Origin: a virus
Taxonomy: Duplodnaviria; Caudoviricetes
Virus record (IMG/VR): IMGVR_UViG_3300037400_008007
Span: 10,616-74,615 of that record
Reading direction: 5' to 3' (one strand)
DNA length: 64,000 nucleotides
This document shows, in pieces, positions 40,801-47,917 of the stretch. Under the pieces are notes generated by a model. That model did no database searches and was not told the DNA's origin. It saw only the letters and a list, made by a program, of their open reading frames with translations. Positions within the stretch are counted from its first letter, which is position 1, and every line of letters begins with the position of its first letter. The translations under genes were made by a program, and so were the position numbers.

Positions 40801-41532
40801 GAGCTTCTTAACACAACACCGCCTGCAAATCTCAACTACACAGGACAGGACTTCTACAATCTCTGTTACATGCGTGGTGAGGGCTTCCATGATGTCAGCT
40901 ATGAGCAGAACAAGATTATCGCTATCCTGTCTCGCTGCTGGTGTGGCGATCGTGACGACCAAGCCGTGTACGGCATGGGTGTAACGGCTGGTTACACCAC
41001 TGGCACTCTTGACAGCCGTGGTAAGCGTGACACAGCATCCGGCAACAATATGAATAAGATTTGGGGTCTTGAGGCATGGGTAGCTTGTAACTGGGAGTTC
41101 ATGGACTACGTTGGTGTAAACATTAGCAATTTCTCTGATTGGAGGAAGAACCACCGTCCGCAGTCTGGAACGGTTGATGCGAAGTGGCACATCTTCGACC
41201 CACGTACTAAGACGGAGCGTGTTGTGCAGGGTCTCTCCAGTTCGGGAACTTGTATTGCTCGCCTGAAGCATGGCCGTTATTGCGACATCATTGCAAGCAG
41301 TTGTAACTCTGACTCCAGCAGGTGGAACACCTGTTATGCTGCTGCTCACTATTACACTGCTACTGGTGGGCGCGTGGTTGGTCGTGCGCTCCACAGTGCG
41401 TATGCGAATGGCGGTTGCGTTTATGCGGGCGCGTACGTCGCTTCTTCGTCCTCGAATACGTACTACGGTGCGCGTCTCGCCTTCAGCGGAAAATTCGCAA
41501 ACGAGGCCGAAATCGACCCAGAGCTGCTGTAA
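34810..41532 (+). CDS. giant adhesin/tail protein; DGR target 1 (C-terminal CLec-type variable domain)
   Basis: 2240 aa; LamG-like, CotH-like and LRR-like segments; C-terminal VR1 in frame. Confidence 0.85.
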   Translation: MARKNNVSYNDIPDLQTDWEKDPTNGNKPFSGESVQKFIKRKLGEAETKLGGIELNGSGTAETPNANGNVELTIPEVDSQLNQTTSTKAAQAGAVVQKLNAVDSKMPVGARLGNVSGDGSEVTLEFLNEQNDVVFDVEIPAAQDVGEVIYPVVNVSRQTAARLKVGSDIGINWLYDCRSNQSEGSVAYNATVVISATHAGDNGTTELNLGSAATRVDVRPGTSGTFTIDGSLISSRGTVTVMVTATADIEGERKVATKRITVEMEMLSLTSSFNPATGLATNSGVTGSINVPYNYSVPDGTTLRAWLNGSLYTSAGISGSSTGRITIDVADMVAGRNNLQLLAIDGAGLKSDVISIDFRRASGTANYLGLVLVCSSDDVDAADLENTMPLPYAYGGAGVPLQASQFEEIEIPLAAWNNESVTSEVEVALDGVTVQTITADRSRQSLKQRFDTSGNHVLTITLGTLVLTTNVAVTASGTVDEEVTGQYKVALTSVGKANSQADREDWGGITTLTGLNYSANGWIDNTLLLTNGAKAIIDLKPFADYTDDNEGLLQTGMTLEIELKVSQVMERGAAIMHCLFLNDSGVPDPNDNTIYPRGIKITTEKAGLLFGGPEEIHTTEKVQDANGNYLRFSAVSVSEGDDISAAGYYVKVSDNVWKLTTDTTAQSGTSYYEGVTCDEGDAQDLYVIRPYGAEMNIAEDKWMHLAFVIEPVSGGNGLGLLYINGVLSRVNRYSNSIAYALRQLTAQPLTFDSDKADVAIRTVRYYRFALDRDQVLANWIATLHTGAEMQVAHDNNDVDGTDSNNQPTISKAKLLAASKGRGVLTFVKSMNCKTGSGNNGMEELFENSVGKKDDFRADMVEWVPPTGVGTGFVARNVRIRIQGTSSVNYPYKNIRVYLDTPFDANNYPVSLEITGGALYNVYENKKLKDANGNTFDGYCLRGTGNSRPQKVLCAKTDFVDSSLTMNTGGAHLFNDTMENLGLVTPPMEIDRRVRQAIDGIPCDVYAAESEAGPFKYFGQFVLNNEKSKSGMIFGMEKVYQNDEEVDFRRNTGTAQNPVYPINTKPIALESLENRYALTLFQSAGTQNSQALANQLAATFDDAFEFNHPEDAKWATIGTGSFADWGGAQTAIKRLFGFIYDSVAASGVDLSDPEYGDANGWSDADKAKWVSNYFKEHVEEYFNVDYLCTYYLFTDYWASVDQRAKNILWRTWDGYIWYPTYYDGDTAMSIRNDAFMVYLYSVTRDTYDTERSKYAFEGHDSWLWCLVLANLGEELAECAQNLRTRLTTQAMLHEFNDVIMGNWSERQYNYSQKLKYIDTMDVKYYPYTLTGNREAHRTQFLTDRAQLLDAQYTAGNYSGDRISLRVNRLASDAANTLTIKSGDLYYYGYFLNTGGGNWLQRPIRAEQGQSCVLTFTEAINGGSIQTFVCGASRMAELDLTDMCGNLLTTEMDLSACVTLTKLVIRATRSVYGGIITLGQTAKLQHIDLTGQVGINNGTANTLSLVLHSRLTTALLSGTGLVSLQLPEGAPISTLALPKTLRTLTLRNLPNLLTSGLTMEDNDWQSITGINFATCPGLSWQTLLNTCTNARNIRIEGISGRVRSSMLTPFMAGWNPSSPNDYSGLTYHGLDADGTYNNWPQFGGSTVTLVDMIETVTVNGTTYTFAQMKQFFLDKCGLTIIEAPYSVYKEKDSETDSENITNLDNLTGYDYNNEYEPSGHIVKIRNKSVPVKGLYDDSNEEMSLTALSEENYKKLADGTTFDATDALGEGFDCFMYIPNFFYKGVNDFLNDEKYTLLSARTKTAPSQSWTQKRDGVLSELLYADEVGLAYSRVTVGSALNDSTMLTRLTSAAVYRIDVEGMKQVRYPGLNSNSYGTAFVDANGIVLEKHYFEAVSVEGSPNGFVNGDYLFRSIPANAKWLYFTFLREQNDADHLIFAIDSDELEAIEPGWVKHESELIALYGASIDGDGMIRSLSGKVTKRGTGIQTTSADWRYDSDTGELLNTTPPANLNYTGQDFYNLCYMRGEGFHDVSYEQNKIIAILSRCWCGDRDDQAVYGMGVTAGYTTGTLDSRGKRDTASGNNMNKIWGLEAWVACNWEFMDYVGVNISNFSDWRKNHRPQSGTVDAKWHIFDPRTKTERVVQGLSSSGTCIARLKHGRYCDIIASSCNSDSSRWNTCYAAAHYYTATGGRVVGRALHSAYANGGCVYAGAYVASSSSNTYYGARLAFSGKFANEAEIDPELL
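41369..41480 (+). repeat. DGR variable repeat VR1
   Basis: 112 bp versus TR: 14 mismatches, all opposite TR adenines. Confidence 0.97.
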
Positions 41533-41580
41533 GCAGCGCAGAGCGTGGCACGTTGGGCAGGGGTAACAAGCCCCTGCCCA
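41523..41580 (+). other. hairpins 3' of VR1
   Basis: GCTGCT-GTA-AGCAGC (41523-37) and TGGGCAGGGG/CCCCTGCCCA (41554-80). Confidence 0.7.
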
Positions 41581-41711
41581 CGAGCCGAAAAGCCGCTGAG
41601 CCGATGACGAGAAACGAGGAACGACCACCCGAAAGTGAGAGCGTGAGACGAGAACGTAAACGGAGCGAAGCGACGAAACGAAGAACGAAAAAAAGGTAGA
41701 GGACTTCTCAT

Positions 41712-41823
41712 GGCGCGTGGTTGGTCGTGCGAACAACAATGCGAATGCGAATGGCGGTTGCGTTTATGCGAACGCGAACAACGCTTCTTCGAACTCGAAT
41801 ACGAACAACGGTGCGCGTCTCGC
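41712..41823 (+). ncRNA. DGR template repeat (TR)
   Basis: 12 AAY codons in the VR frame; lies between target and RT. Confidence 0.97.
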
Positions 41824-42035
41824 AAACAAGTTAATCGGCTCTATGGTGTATGCTTGCGTGACAGGCAATGACAATGGCCGACAAGTCCGAGCCTCGGCAA
41901 CAGCAATCTTTCCAGCCTGCAAAGAATTGGAAAAGATTGGAAAGCGGAAAAATCTAAGGGTGCAACCTATGATAGGTGAGTAAACAAGGAATTGGCTGAA
42001 AGTCTTAACGGTTGCGGAATGAAGGAATATTCACT

Positions 42036-43328
42036 ATGAGTAAAAGATATGGTCATATCATGCCACAAATCATCGAGAGACGGAACATGGATGATGCCTT
42101 CGATGAGGTGGTAGGAGGCTTAGAGGGAAAGGAGCGTCGGGAGCACTACGAGGCGCAGAGAGAGAGTATCATATCACGGCTGACCGCCAAGATAGGCTCC
42201 GGCACCTTTCGCATCACACGCTATGAACAGTTCTGGGTTCAAGACGGGCCTAAGCGTAGGTTGATACAGTCGCCCAGCGTGACAGACAGAATTGGTTGTA
42301 ATGCCGTGATGAGGGTTGTGGAGAAATATATCTACCCGACCATTATCAAGACATCTGCAGCAAGCATCAAAGGACGTGGCATGCACAGGCTCTACCGTAA
42401 GATGAGGACAGACGTGCGCCATGACCGAGAGGGAACGAGATACTTCTATATGTGCGACATAAGAAAGTTCTACGAGAGTGTGAACCAAGACATGACGTTT
42501 GCGCTGGTTAAGGAATATATCAAAGACCCCTTGGTGCTGCCGATACTGGAGAGCTTTATTAGGCTCATGCCGAAAGGACTTTCCATAGGCCTGCGTTCAT
42601 CGCAGTGCTTCGGTAATATGCTGCTGTCAAGAATGGGTCACAGGTTAAAGGAGAAAGAGGGTGTGCGCTACCTTTACATCTACTGTGACGACATTCGAGT
42701 GTATGGTGCAACAAAGAAGTGGCTATGGCATATCCGAGACATCATTCACGAAGAGGTTGAAAGCCTTGGACTGGAGATAAAGCCCAGCGAGGCTGTTAAG
42801 CCAACGACAGAGGGGAATGACTTTCTTGGATATATCGACTATGGCGATCATTCGAGATTAAGAAAGAGAACAAAACAAAAAGCCGCACGGAAACTTGCCC
42901 GAATAAAGAGCCGCAAGCGCAGACAGAAAATAGTCGGTTCTTTCAAGGGCATGGCGAAATGGGGAGATTGTAAACATTTATACAGAACGCTAACAGGTAA
43001 AGACATGGAAGAGTTCAAAGATTTTGGACTACAGTATGTAGCCGACGATGGTAAGAAACGGTTTGCTGGTGATGTAATCAAGTTGCATCAGCTTACCAAT
43101 ATGCACATTATCATTACGGACTACGAAGAGAACGTAGACACGGCTAACGGCAAACGTACTCTGGTGTCGTTCAAGTACGACAACGGAACGCCTGCCAAGT
43201 ATTTCACTTCTGACAAGCAGCAGCTCTATTTCCTGCAGCAGCTATCTTCGATGAAAAAGATACCGTTTGGTACGACTATCAAGAGTGAGAGCTACGGGAA
43301 CGGAAAGGTACGTTATATATTCACTTAA
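42036..43328 (+). CDS. DGR reverse transcriptase with ~107-aa C-terminal extension
   Basis: CDIRKFYES, GLSIGLRSSQ, YCDD, DFLGY; frame continues into MEEFKDF...RYIFT. Confidence 0.95.
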   Translation: MSKRYGHIMPQIIERRNMDDAFDEVVGGLEGKERREHYEAQRESIISRLTAKIGSGTFRITRYEQFWVQDGPKRRLIQSPSVTDRIGCNAVMRVVEKYIYPTIIKTSAASIKGRGMHRLYRKMRTDVRHDREGTRYFYMCDIRKFYESVNQDMTFALVKEYIKDPLVLPILESFIRLMPKGLSIGLRSSQCFGNMLLSRMGHRLKEKEGVRYLYIYCDDIRVYGATKKWLWHIRDIIHEEVESLGLEIKPSEAVKPTTEGNDFLGYIDYGDHSRLRKRTKQKAARKLARIKSRKRRQKIVGSFKGMAKWGDCKHLYRTLTGKDMEEFKDFGLQYVADDGKKRFAGDVIKLHQLTNMHIIITDYEENVDTANGKRTLVSFKYDNGTPAKYFTSDKQQLYFLQQLSSMKKIPFGTTIKSESYGNGKVRYIFT

Positions 43329-43339
43329 ATATTACGACT

Positions 43340-43840
43340 ATGAAATTAGAGAAAATCTATGGTGCAACGGCACGACAAGACGGTCTATATAAGATAGGCC
43401 GTAACAAGTATGAACTATTCTTTGGTTATGGCCAGGATGGAGAGAACGGCTACAACTGGCGCAGGAAGTATCGCTACCTGCCAACGGTTGAAGAGCTAAA
43501 GACCGACATCGAGGACACAGTGAACGCTCTGACAGACGAGAAGATTTTGACAGGCTTTTCATGGAATGCAAAGAACGTCTATCTTTCATCTGAAAACCAG
43601 TTCAACTTCAAAGCCGCCTACGACCTTGCAGTACAGACGCAGGGAGCGACCCTGCCTGTCAAGTTCAAGTTGGGTGAGGACTACGAAGGCAAGCCAGTGT
43701 ACCATACTTTTGAGAGTATGGAAGAGTTCACGGACTTCTACACAAAGGCCATCGCTTTCGTCAATCAGACGCTCAATAGTGGCTGGCTTGAGAAAGATGC
43801 AGTAAATTATGAAGAACTAATAAAGGAGGAACAGGTATGA
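43340..43840 (+). CDS. putative fibre assembly chaperone (DUF4376-like)
   Basis: ILTGFSWN...LSSENQFNFKAAYDLA. Confidence 0.55.
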   Translation: MKLEKIYGATARQDGLYKIGRNKYELFFGYGQDGENGYNWRRKYRYLPTVEELKTDIEDTVNALTDEKILTGFSWNAKNVYLSSENQFNFKAAYDLAVQTQGATLPVKFKLGEDYEGKPVYHTFESMEEFTDFYTKAIAFVNQTLNSGWLEKDAVNYEELIKEEQV

Positions 43841-44292
43841 TAGCAACATTGATTTCATTGGTAATTATAGCCGTATATCTCGGCTGGTATCTCAAATCCT
43901 ATGGAGTACCCGAAAGCATATCGCAGACGGTGTTCAAGCTCCCCCATGAGATAATCTTTACATTGGTGATGTGGGCCGTTGCAGGCCTTAACATTGCACA
44001 GATGTTAGAACGCTGTAGTGACGAAACACAGTTCCTTGCGTTTCTTACTATGGCCGGAATATTGTTCGTTGGTGCGGCTCCACTTGGAAAGGACTGTGAC
44101 GAGAGGGTGCATATTGGCGGTGCGTTGTTTTTCGGAATCTGCAGCCAGATAATGATTGCCCTTAATGCGCCCCTGTTGCTTTTGGCATGGCTACCGTGCG
44201 TGTGGTGGCTCATCAAGAGCGCAGGAAGTCACTTTAAGTTCTGGATGGAGGTTACTTGCATCGTAGATTTGCTAATATTCTGCCTGCTATGA
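43837..44292 (+). CDS. multi-pass membrane protein
   Basis: About 5 hydrophobic segments. Confidence 0.7.
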   Translation: MIATLISLVIIAVYLGWYLKSYGVPESISQTVFKLPHEIIFTLVMWAVAGLNIAQMLERCSDETQFLAFLTMAGILFVGAAPLGKDCDERVHIGGALFFGICSQIMIALNAPLLLLAWLPCVWWLIKSAGSHFKFWMEVTCIVDLLIFCLL

Positions 44293-44420
44293 AGCTGAAA
44301 GGCAAGGAACACCCTTGCTGGGGATGCGAAGAGACTTTGAACTGCATCAACGGACTGTATTGCACCCGTCTGAAGGGCTATTTAGAGTACGCACAGACGA
44401 AACCTTGTAAGGAATCGTAG
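44289..44420 (+). CDS. small Cys-rich protein (43 aa, not in ORF track)
   Basis: CWGC...CINGLYC; ATGA overlap. Confidence 0.55.
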   Translation: MKLKGKEHPCWGCEETLNCINGLYCTRLKGYLEYAQTKPCKES

Positions 44421-44448
44421 TAACTCATATTTTCAACGTGAATAACCA

Positions 44449-44489
44449 GAGCCGTGCTGCCTGTGACGGGTCATGCGGCTCATCTTTTT
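44449..44489 (+). terminator. terminator-like hairpin
   Basis: GAGCCG/CGGCTC stem plus T-run. Confidence 0.6.
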
Positions 44490-44490
44490 A

Positions 44491-44590
44491 AGAATTTGAT
44501 AAAAAATCCCTCAAAAAAATTTGTGTATTTGATAAATTTTGCTTACCTTTGCCATAGCAAATAAGATAAACGACTTCAAAACAAAAAATT
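44491..44590 (+). promoter_or_regulatory. early promoter/leader repeat copy 8
   Basis: TTTG 44520-23, TACCTTTG 44544-51, ATG 44591. Confidence 0.85.
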
Positions 44591-44815
44591 ATGGTAAAAT
44601 TCACGTCTGAATGTGATTACGCATCACTTACACTTGCGACAATCATGCTCGTTTTGAGCATTGCAGTAGTAATCTATGCAATTTGTGTCAAAGCTCCCTT
44701 TGGAAGCATCTTTATGAACGGCATTTTTGTTGCTTTCTCCTATGTGTTGTTCCGCGTACTTTGGAAAGAGGGTACAGTACATGTAACCAAGGGCAAGCAG
44801 CAGGAAAAGGTATGA
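44591..44815 (+). CDS. small two-TM membrane protein
   Basis: 74 aa, hydrophobic. Confidence 0.65.
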   Translation: MVKFTSECDYASLTLATIMLVLSIAVVIYAICVKAPFGSIFMNGIFVAFSYVLFRVLWKEGTVHVTKGKQQEKV

Positions 44816-44822
44816 GAAACAT

Positions 44823-45050
44823 ATGCAAAAGTGTAGTGGGGGGGTAAAACCCCCGCCTACTACATTCTGTAGAGAGAATAAAGCGCAAAAGACCGTTTTC
44901 GTTGACGTAATGCTTGACGGACGTTTCGTGTTTACACACAGGCACCGTTATTGTCCTTTGTTTCGTCTCGATCTGAAACAGATATACACGGAAGTCATGG
45001 AGAAACGGCCATCACTAAAAGGAAAAAATATCGAAATGTGGATTGACTGA
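44823..45050 (+). CDS. hypothetical protein
   Basis: DVMLDGRF...YCPLF...EKRPSLKGK. Confidence 0.6.
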   Translation: MQKCSGGVKPPPTTFCRENKAQKTVFVDVMLDGRFVFTHRHRYCPLFRLDLKQIYTEVMEKRPSLKGKNIEMWID

Positions 45051-45070
45051 AAACTCAAATTATAAAAATT

Positions 45071-45415
45071 ATGGAAGAAACGAAGAAATTAAAACTGGAT
45101 GGTAAGCATTTCTCAAAGGTGCTGGAAGATTACGTCGAGAGCTTAAAGAGACAACTCAACGTATTGGCGCAGAGCAAGAAAAGAATGAGAACCAATCCAT
45201 TGCTAACGCTCTGGAAGAGCAAGCGATTAACTAAGGAGTACATTCTGTTAGAAATGCCGAGGTTGCAAAACAAGACATCTAAGCTGCCAAGTTCCGAGAG
45301 GGCTGTACTTCATGACATCATTTCTACCTGCATCAAGAAAACTGCTTTAGAAGAAGCGAAAGCTGTTAAGGAGCAGTTAGACAAAGAGGCAGAAAGCGAT
45401 GCTGAGAAAGAGTAA
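45071..45415 (+). CDS. hypothetical basic protein
   Basis: 114 aa. Confidence 0.7.
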   Translation: MEETKKLKLDGKHFSKVLEDYVESLKRQLNVLAQSKKRMRTNPLLTLWKSKRLTKEYILLEMPRLQNKTSKLPSSERAVLHDIISTCIKKTALEEAKAVKEQLDKEAESDAEKE

Positions 45416-45442
45416 AGTTATTCACCAATAAAAAGAGAGACT

Positions 45443-46012
45443 ATGAAATTAGTATTGTTCGACATTGAAACGACAGGAATTGACAGCGTTAAGCACGGTA
45501 TTCATCAAATTAGTGGCAAGATTATCGTGAATGGTCAAGTCAAAGAGACTTTTGACTTTAAGGTGCGACCCAAGGACGATGCTGTGTATGATGCAGCCGC
45601 CTTAGAGGTTGGCAAGGTTACGAAAGAGCAACTGCTGGCTTATCCCACGATGAGAGAAGTCCATGCAAAATTCGTGACCATGCTCGACAAGTATGTGAAC
45701 AAGTATGACAAGACTGACAAGTTCTTCCTTGTGGGCTACAACAACGCTCATTTCGATAACCCGTTCTTACGTCAGTGGTTCGTGGATAACGGCAACAAGT
45801 ATTTCGGTTCATACTTCTGGAGTAACAGTTTTGATTGTATGGTACTGGCTACTGCCACCCTCGCGGAGAAGAGAGCAACCATGCCGGACTTCAAGCAGGC
45901 CACCGTTGCTGCAGCACTTGGTGTAGTTATTGAGTCCGAGAAGTTGCACGACGCAAGCTACGACATAGAGCTTTGCCATGCTATCTACGATAAGGTTTGC
46001 GGGAAATACTAA
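45443..46012 (+). CDS. DEDDh 3'-5' exonuclease (DnaQ-like)
   Basis: DIETTG, YNNAHFD, HDASYD. Confidence 0.9.
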   Translation: MKLVLFDIETTGIDSVKHGIHQISGKIIVNGQVKETFDFKVRPKDDAVYDAAALEVGKVTKEQLLAYPTMREVHAKFVTMLDKYVNKYDKTDKFFLVGYNNAHFDNPFLRQWFVDNGNKYFGSYFWSNSFDCMVLATATLAEKRATMPDFKQATVAAALGVVIESEKLHDASYDIELCHAIYDKVCGKY

Positions 46013-46018
46013 CAAGTC

Positions 46019-46603
46019 ATGCAGATACTTGAACCGAGTGCCAAACGTATAGACAGCAGTTCACTCGCTATCAACAAGCGTAGTGACTTTACAAGACGCA
46101 TCCCAGCTTACCCTCCAAAGGTGCAGGCAAGGGTGGAGAAGATTGTTAAGCAGCTTATCCATGCGTATGACGTAGAGGGCGACACAGAGAAGATGAGAAA
46201 TATCTTCATGCGAAAAGCCTGTCTGCTGCCAAATCCCTCCTATTGGGAGTTGTTGCGTACTGTATGGGTTGCAAGTGGAAAGACAGAGAACAGTAGAGAG
46301 TTCCGTCCTCTCTTTAAGTCAAGCAGGCCAAGCAAAAGCTGGTTTATGACGGTTGAAGATGCTGCGGCCCTCGATGCTATGGAATTTCCCATCACCGTCT
46401 ATCGAGCCTATGACCCCTACTATGATACTCCAGAAGGAATTGAAGAGGGTGGCGACCCAGGCTTGTCATGGACGCTTGACAAGGAATGGTGTGAAGGGTA
46501 TGCAGCTTCTAAACAGCGTGTCATCAAGAGCCGTCAAGTAGAACGTAAAGACATCTTTGCCTATGTCAGCAGACGAGGGGAAGAAGAAATTATCATCCTA
46601 TGA
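46019..46603 (+). CDS. putative ADP-ribosyltransferase-fold protein
   Basis: VYR ... GLSWT ... GEEEIII resembles an R-S-E triad. Confidence 0.45.
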   Translation: MQILEPSAKRIDSSSLAINKRSDFTRRIPAYPPKVQARVEKIVKQLIHAYDVEGDTEKMRNIFMRKACLLPNPSYWELLRTVWVASGKTENSREFRPLFKSSRPSKSWFMTVEDAAALDAMEFPITVYRAYDPYYDTPEGIEEGGDPGLSWTLDKEWCEGYAASKQRVIKSRQVERKDIFAYVSRRGEEEIIIL

Positions 46604-47058
46604 ATAGAGAAGAGGTCTTTAGAAAGATTGCGAAGCAAACAGGCAAAAAGCCGATGCAGTGCGATTGTGAGCAGTGCAAGCACATGTGTCACACTCCGTG
46701 CTTGGGAACACCTCAAGACATTCTTGCACTGATAAACGCAGGCTATTCCGATAAGCTCTGTTATACAGAGTGGATTGCAGGCATGATTATTGGCTTTACG
46801 TCTGATAGTATCGCAATGGTTCAAATCAAGAAAGAGGGTGAATGGTGCGTGTTCTTCCACGATGGCAAGTGTGAACTGCATGAAAAAGGGCTGAAACCCA
46901 CCGAGGGCCGACTGGCTTACCATGAAGTAAGCGAAAGGGAGTTTAAGCCGGAATACAATCTGACATACCAAGTAGCCAAGGAATGGGGCGATGGCAATTT
47001 AGATGTGGTCAAAGAGATTGTTGGAAAGTTAAGCGCGTTTTGGAACAGAAATCAATAA
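46600..47058 (+). CDS. Cys-rich (YkgJ-like) protein
   Basis: CDCEQCKHMCHTPC ... CVFFHDGKCELH. Confidence 0.6.
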   Translation: MNREEVFRKIAKQTGKKPMQCDCEQCKHMCHTPCLGTPQDILALINAGYSDKLCYTEWIAGMIIGFTSDSIAMVQIKKEGEWCVFFHDGKCELHEKGLKPTEGRLAYHEVSEREFKPEYNLTYQVAKEWGDGNLDVVKEIVGKLSAFWNRNQ

Positions 47059-47074
47059 CCATTAACAAAATGTT

Positions 47075-47917
47075 ATGAAAAAAGTTATTTTGAATGTACC
47101 CGACAATCGGGAAAGAGAGTTCTCCGAAAAGCTGGCAGAACTGATGAAAGAGTACGGAGTCACCGAGAGGTACGAGCCAAGAGAGGGTGATTTTGTGGCT
47201 TTCATGGATGACACAACAGATGAGCCGTTTATTGGTATCTTCTGTAGTTGGTACAACGATGAAGCGGACAAGATTGTTTGTTACGCTCATATTGACGATG
47301 AAGGCAGTCTGGAGCAAGAAGAAGAGTATTGGAATGCAGACACAATCCGAAAGGCAACAAAAGAAGAGAAGGATAACCTTTTGCGAGAGTTGGCGAAGTC
47401 TGGCAAGCGTTGGAATGCAGAGGAAAAGACGTTTGATGAATGTCAGACCTATGAGGCTATCCGTACTTTTGAGGATGCGATGACGGTTACAGGCATGACT
47501 TTGCCGTTAAGCGATGAGACATTATCGTTGCTGGGTGCTGATATTGTGGCTTATATGAAGCTTCGTGTTATTGTGGCAGCTATCAATGGTCTGTCAGAGA
47601 CAACCCTTGCAGAGTTCCCAAAGTTTACTACTGACGAGTATCGCTACTATCCTTGGTTTGCTCTATATACCAAGGAAGAGATTGAGGCTATGGATGAAGA
47701 GGACAAATGGCGCGTGGTTGGTCGTGCGCTCCTCAGTGCGAGTGCGGATGGCGGTTGCGTTTTTGCGTACGCGAACTACGCTTCTTCGTGCTCGTATACG
47801 CTCCACGGTGCGCGTCTCGCCTTCATCGACCGCGAAAGAGCGAAATACGCTGGCAGACAGTTCGCAGAACTGTATGCCGACTTCCTGTTTCTCCCACTTG
47901 AATTGATTGCCGAATGA
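47075..47917 (+). CDS. DGR target 2, non-structural-looking protein
   Basis: 280 aa, no signal peptide; C-terminal VR2 in frame (GARLAF). Confidence 0.9.
   Translation: MKKVILNVPDNREREFSEKLAELMKEYGVTERYEPREGDFVAFMDDTTDEPFIGIFCSWYNDEADKIVCYAHIDDEGSLEQEEEYWNADTIRKATKEEKDNLLRELAKSGKRWNAEEKTFDECQTYEAIRTFEDAMTVTGMTLPLSDETLSLLGADIVAYMKLRVIVAAINGLSETTLAEFPKFTTDEYRYYPWFALYTKEEIEAMDEEDKWRVVGRALLSASADGGCVFAYANYASSCSYTLHGARLAFIDRERAKYAGRQFAELYADFLFLPLELIAE
47709..47820 (+). repeat. DGR variable repeat VR2
   Basis: 112 bp versus TR: 16 mismatches, all opposite TR adenines. Confidence 0.97.
47852..47878 (+). other. hairpin 3' of VR2
   Basis: GGCA-g-ACAGTTC-GCA-GAACTGT-a-TGCC. Confidence 0.65.

Larger units (their letters stand above)
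41369..47878 (+). mobile_element. diversity-generating retroelement, two targets
   Basis: VR1-TR-RT plus remote VR2. Confidence 0.93.

Noticed and set aside
26572-41739. Long - strand ORFs (e.g. 26572-27243, 29648-30637, 37693-38583, 40720-41739)
   Set aside because: Antisense shadows of well-supported + strand genes, with no motifs
41717-41983. Asn-rich 88-aa ORF between target and RT as a possible avd
   Set aside because: It is the TR read in frame; no resemblance to the helical Avd
44449-44481. Group II intron domain V-like hairpin near the RT
   Set aside because: Upper stem pairs poorly, no other intron domains, followed by a T-run; the RT is DGR-type
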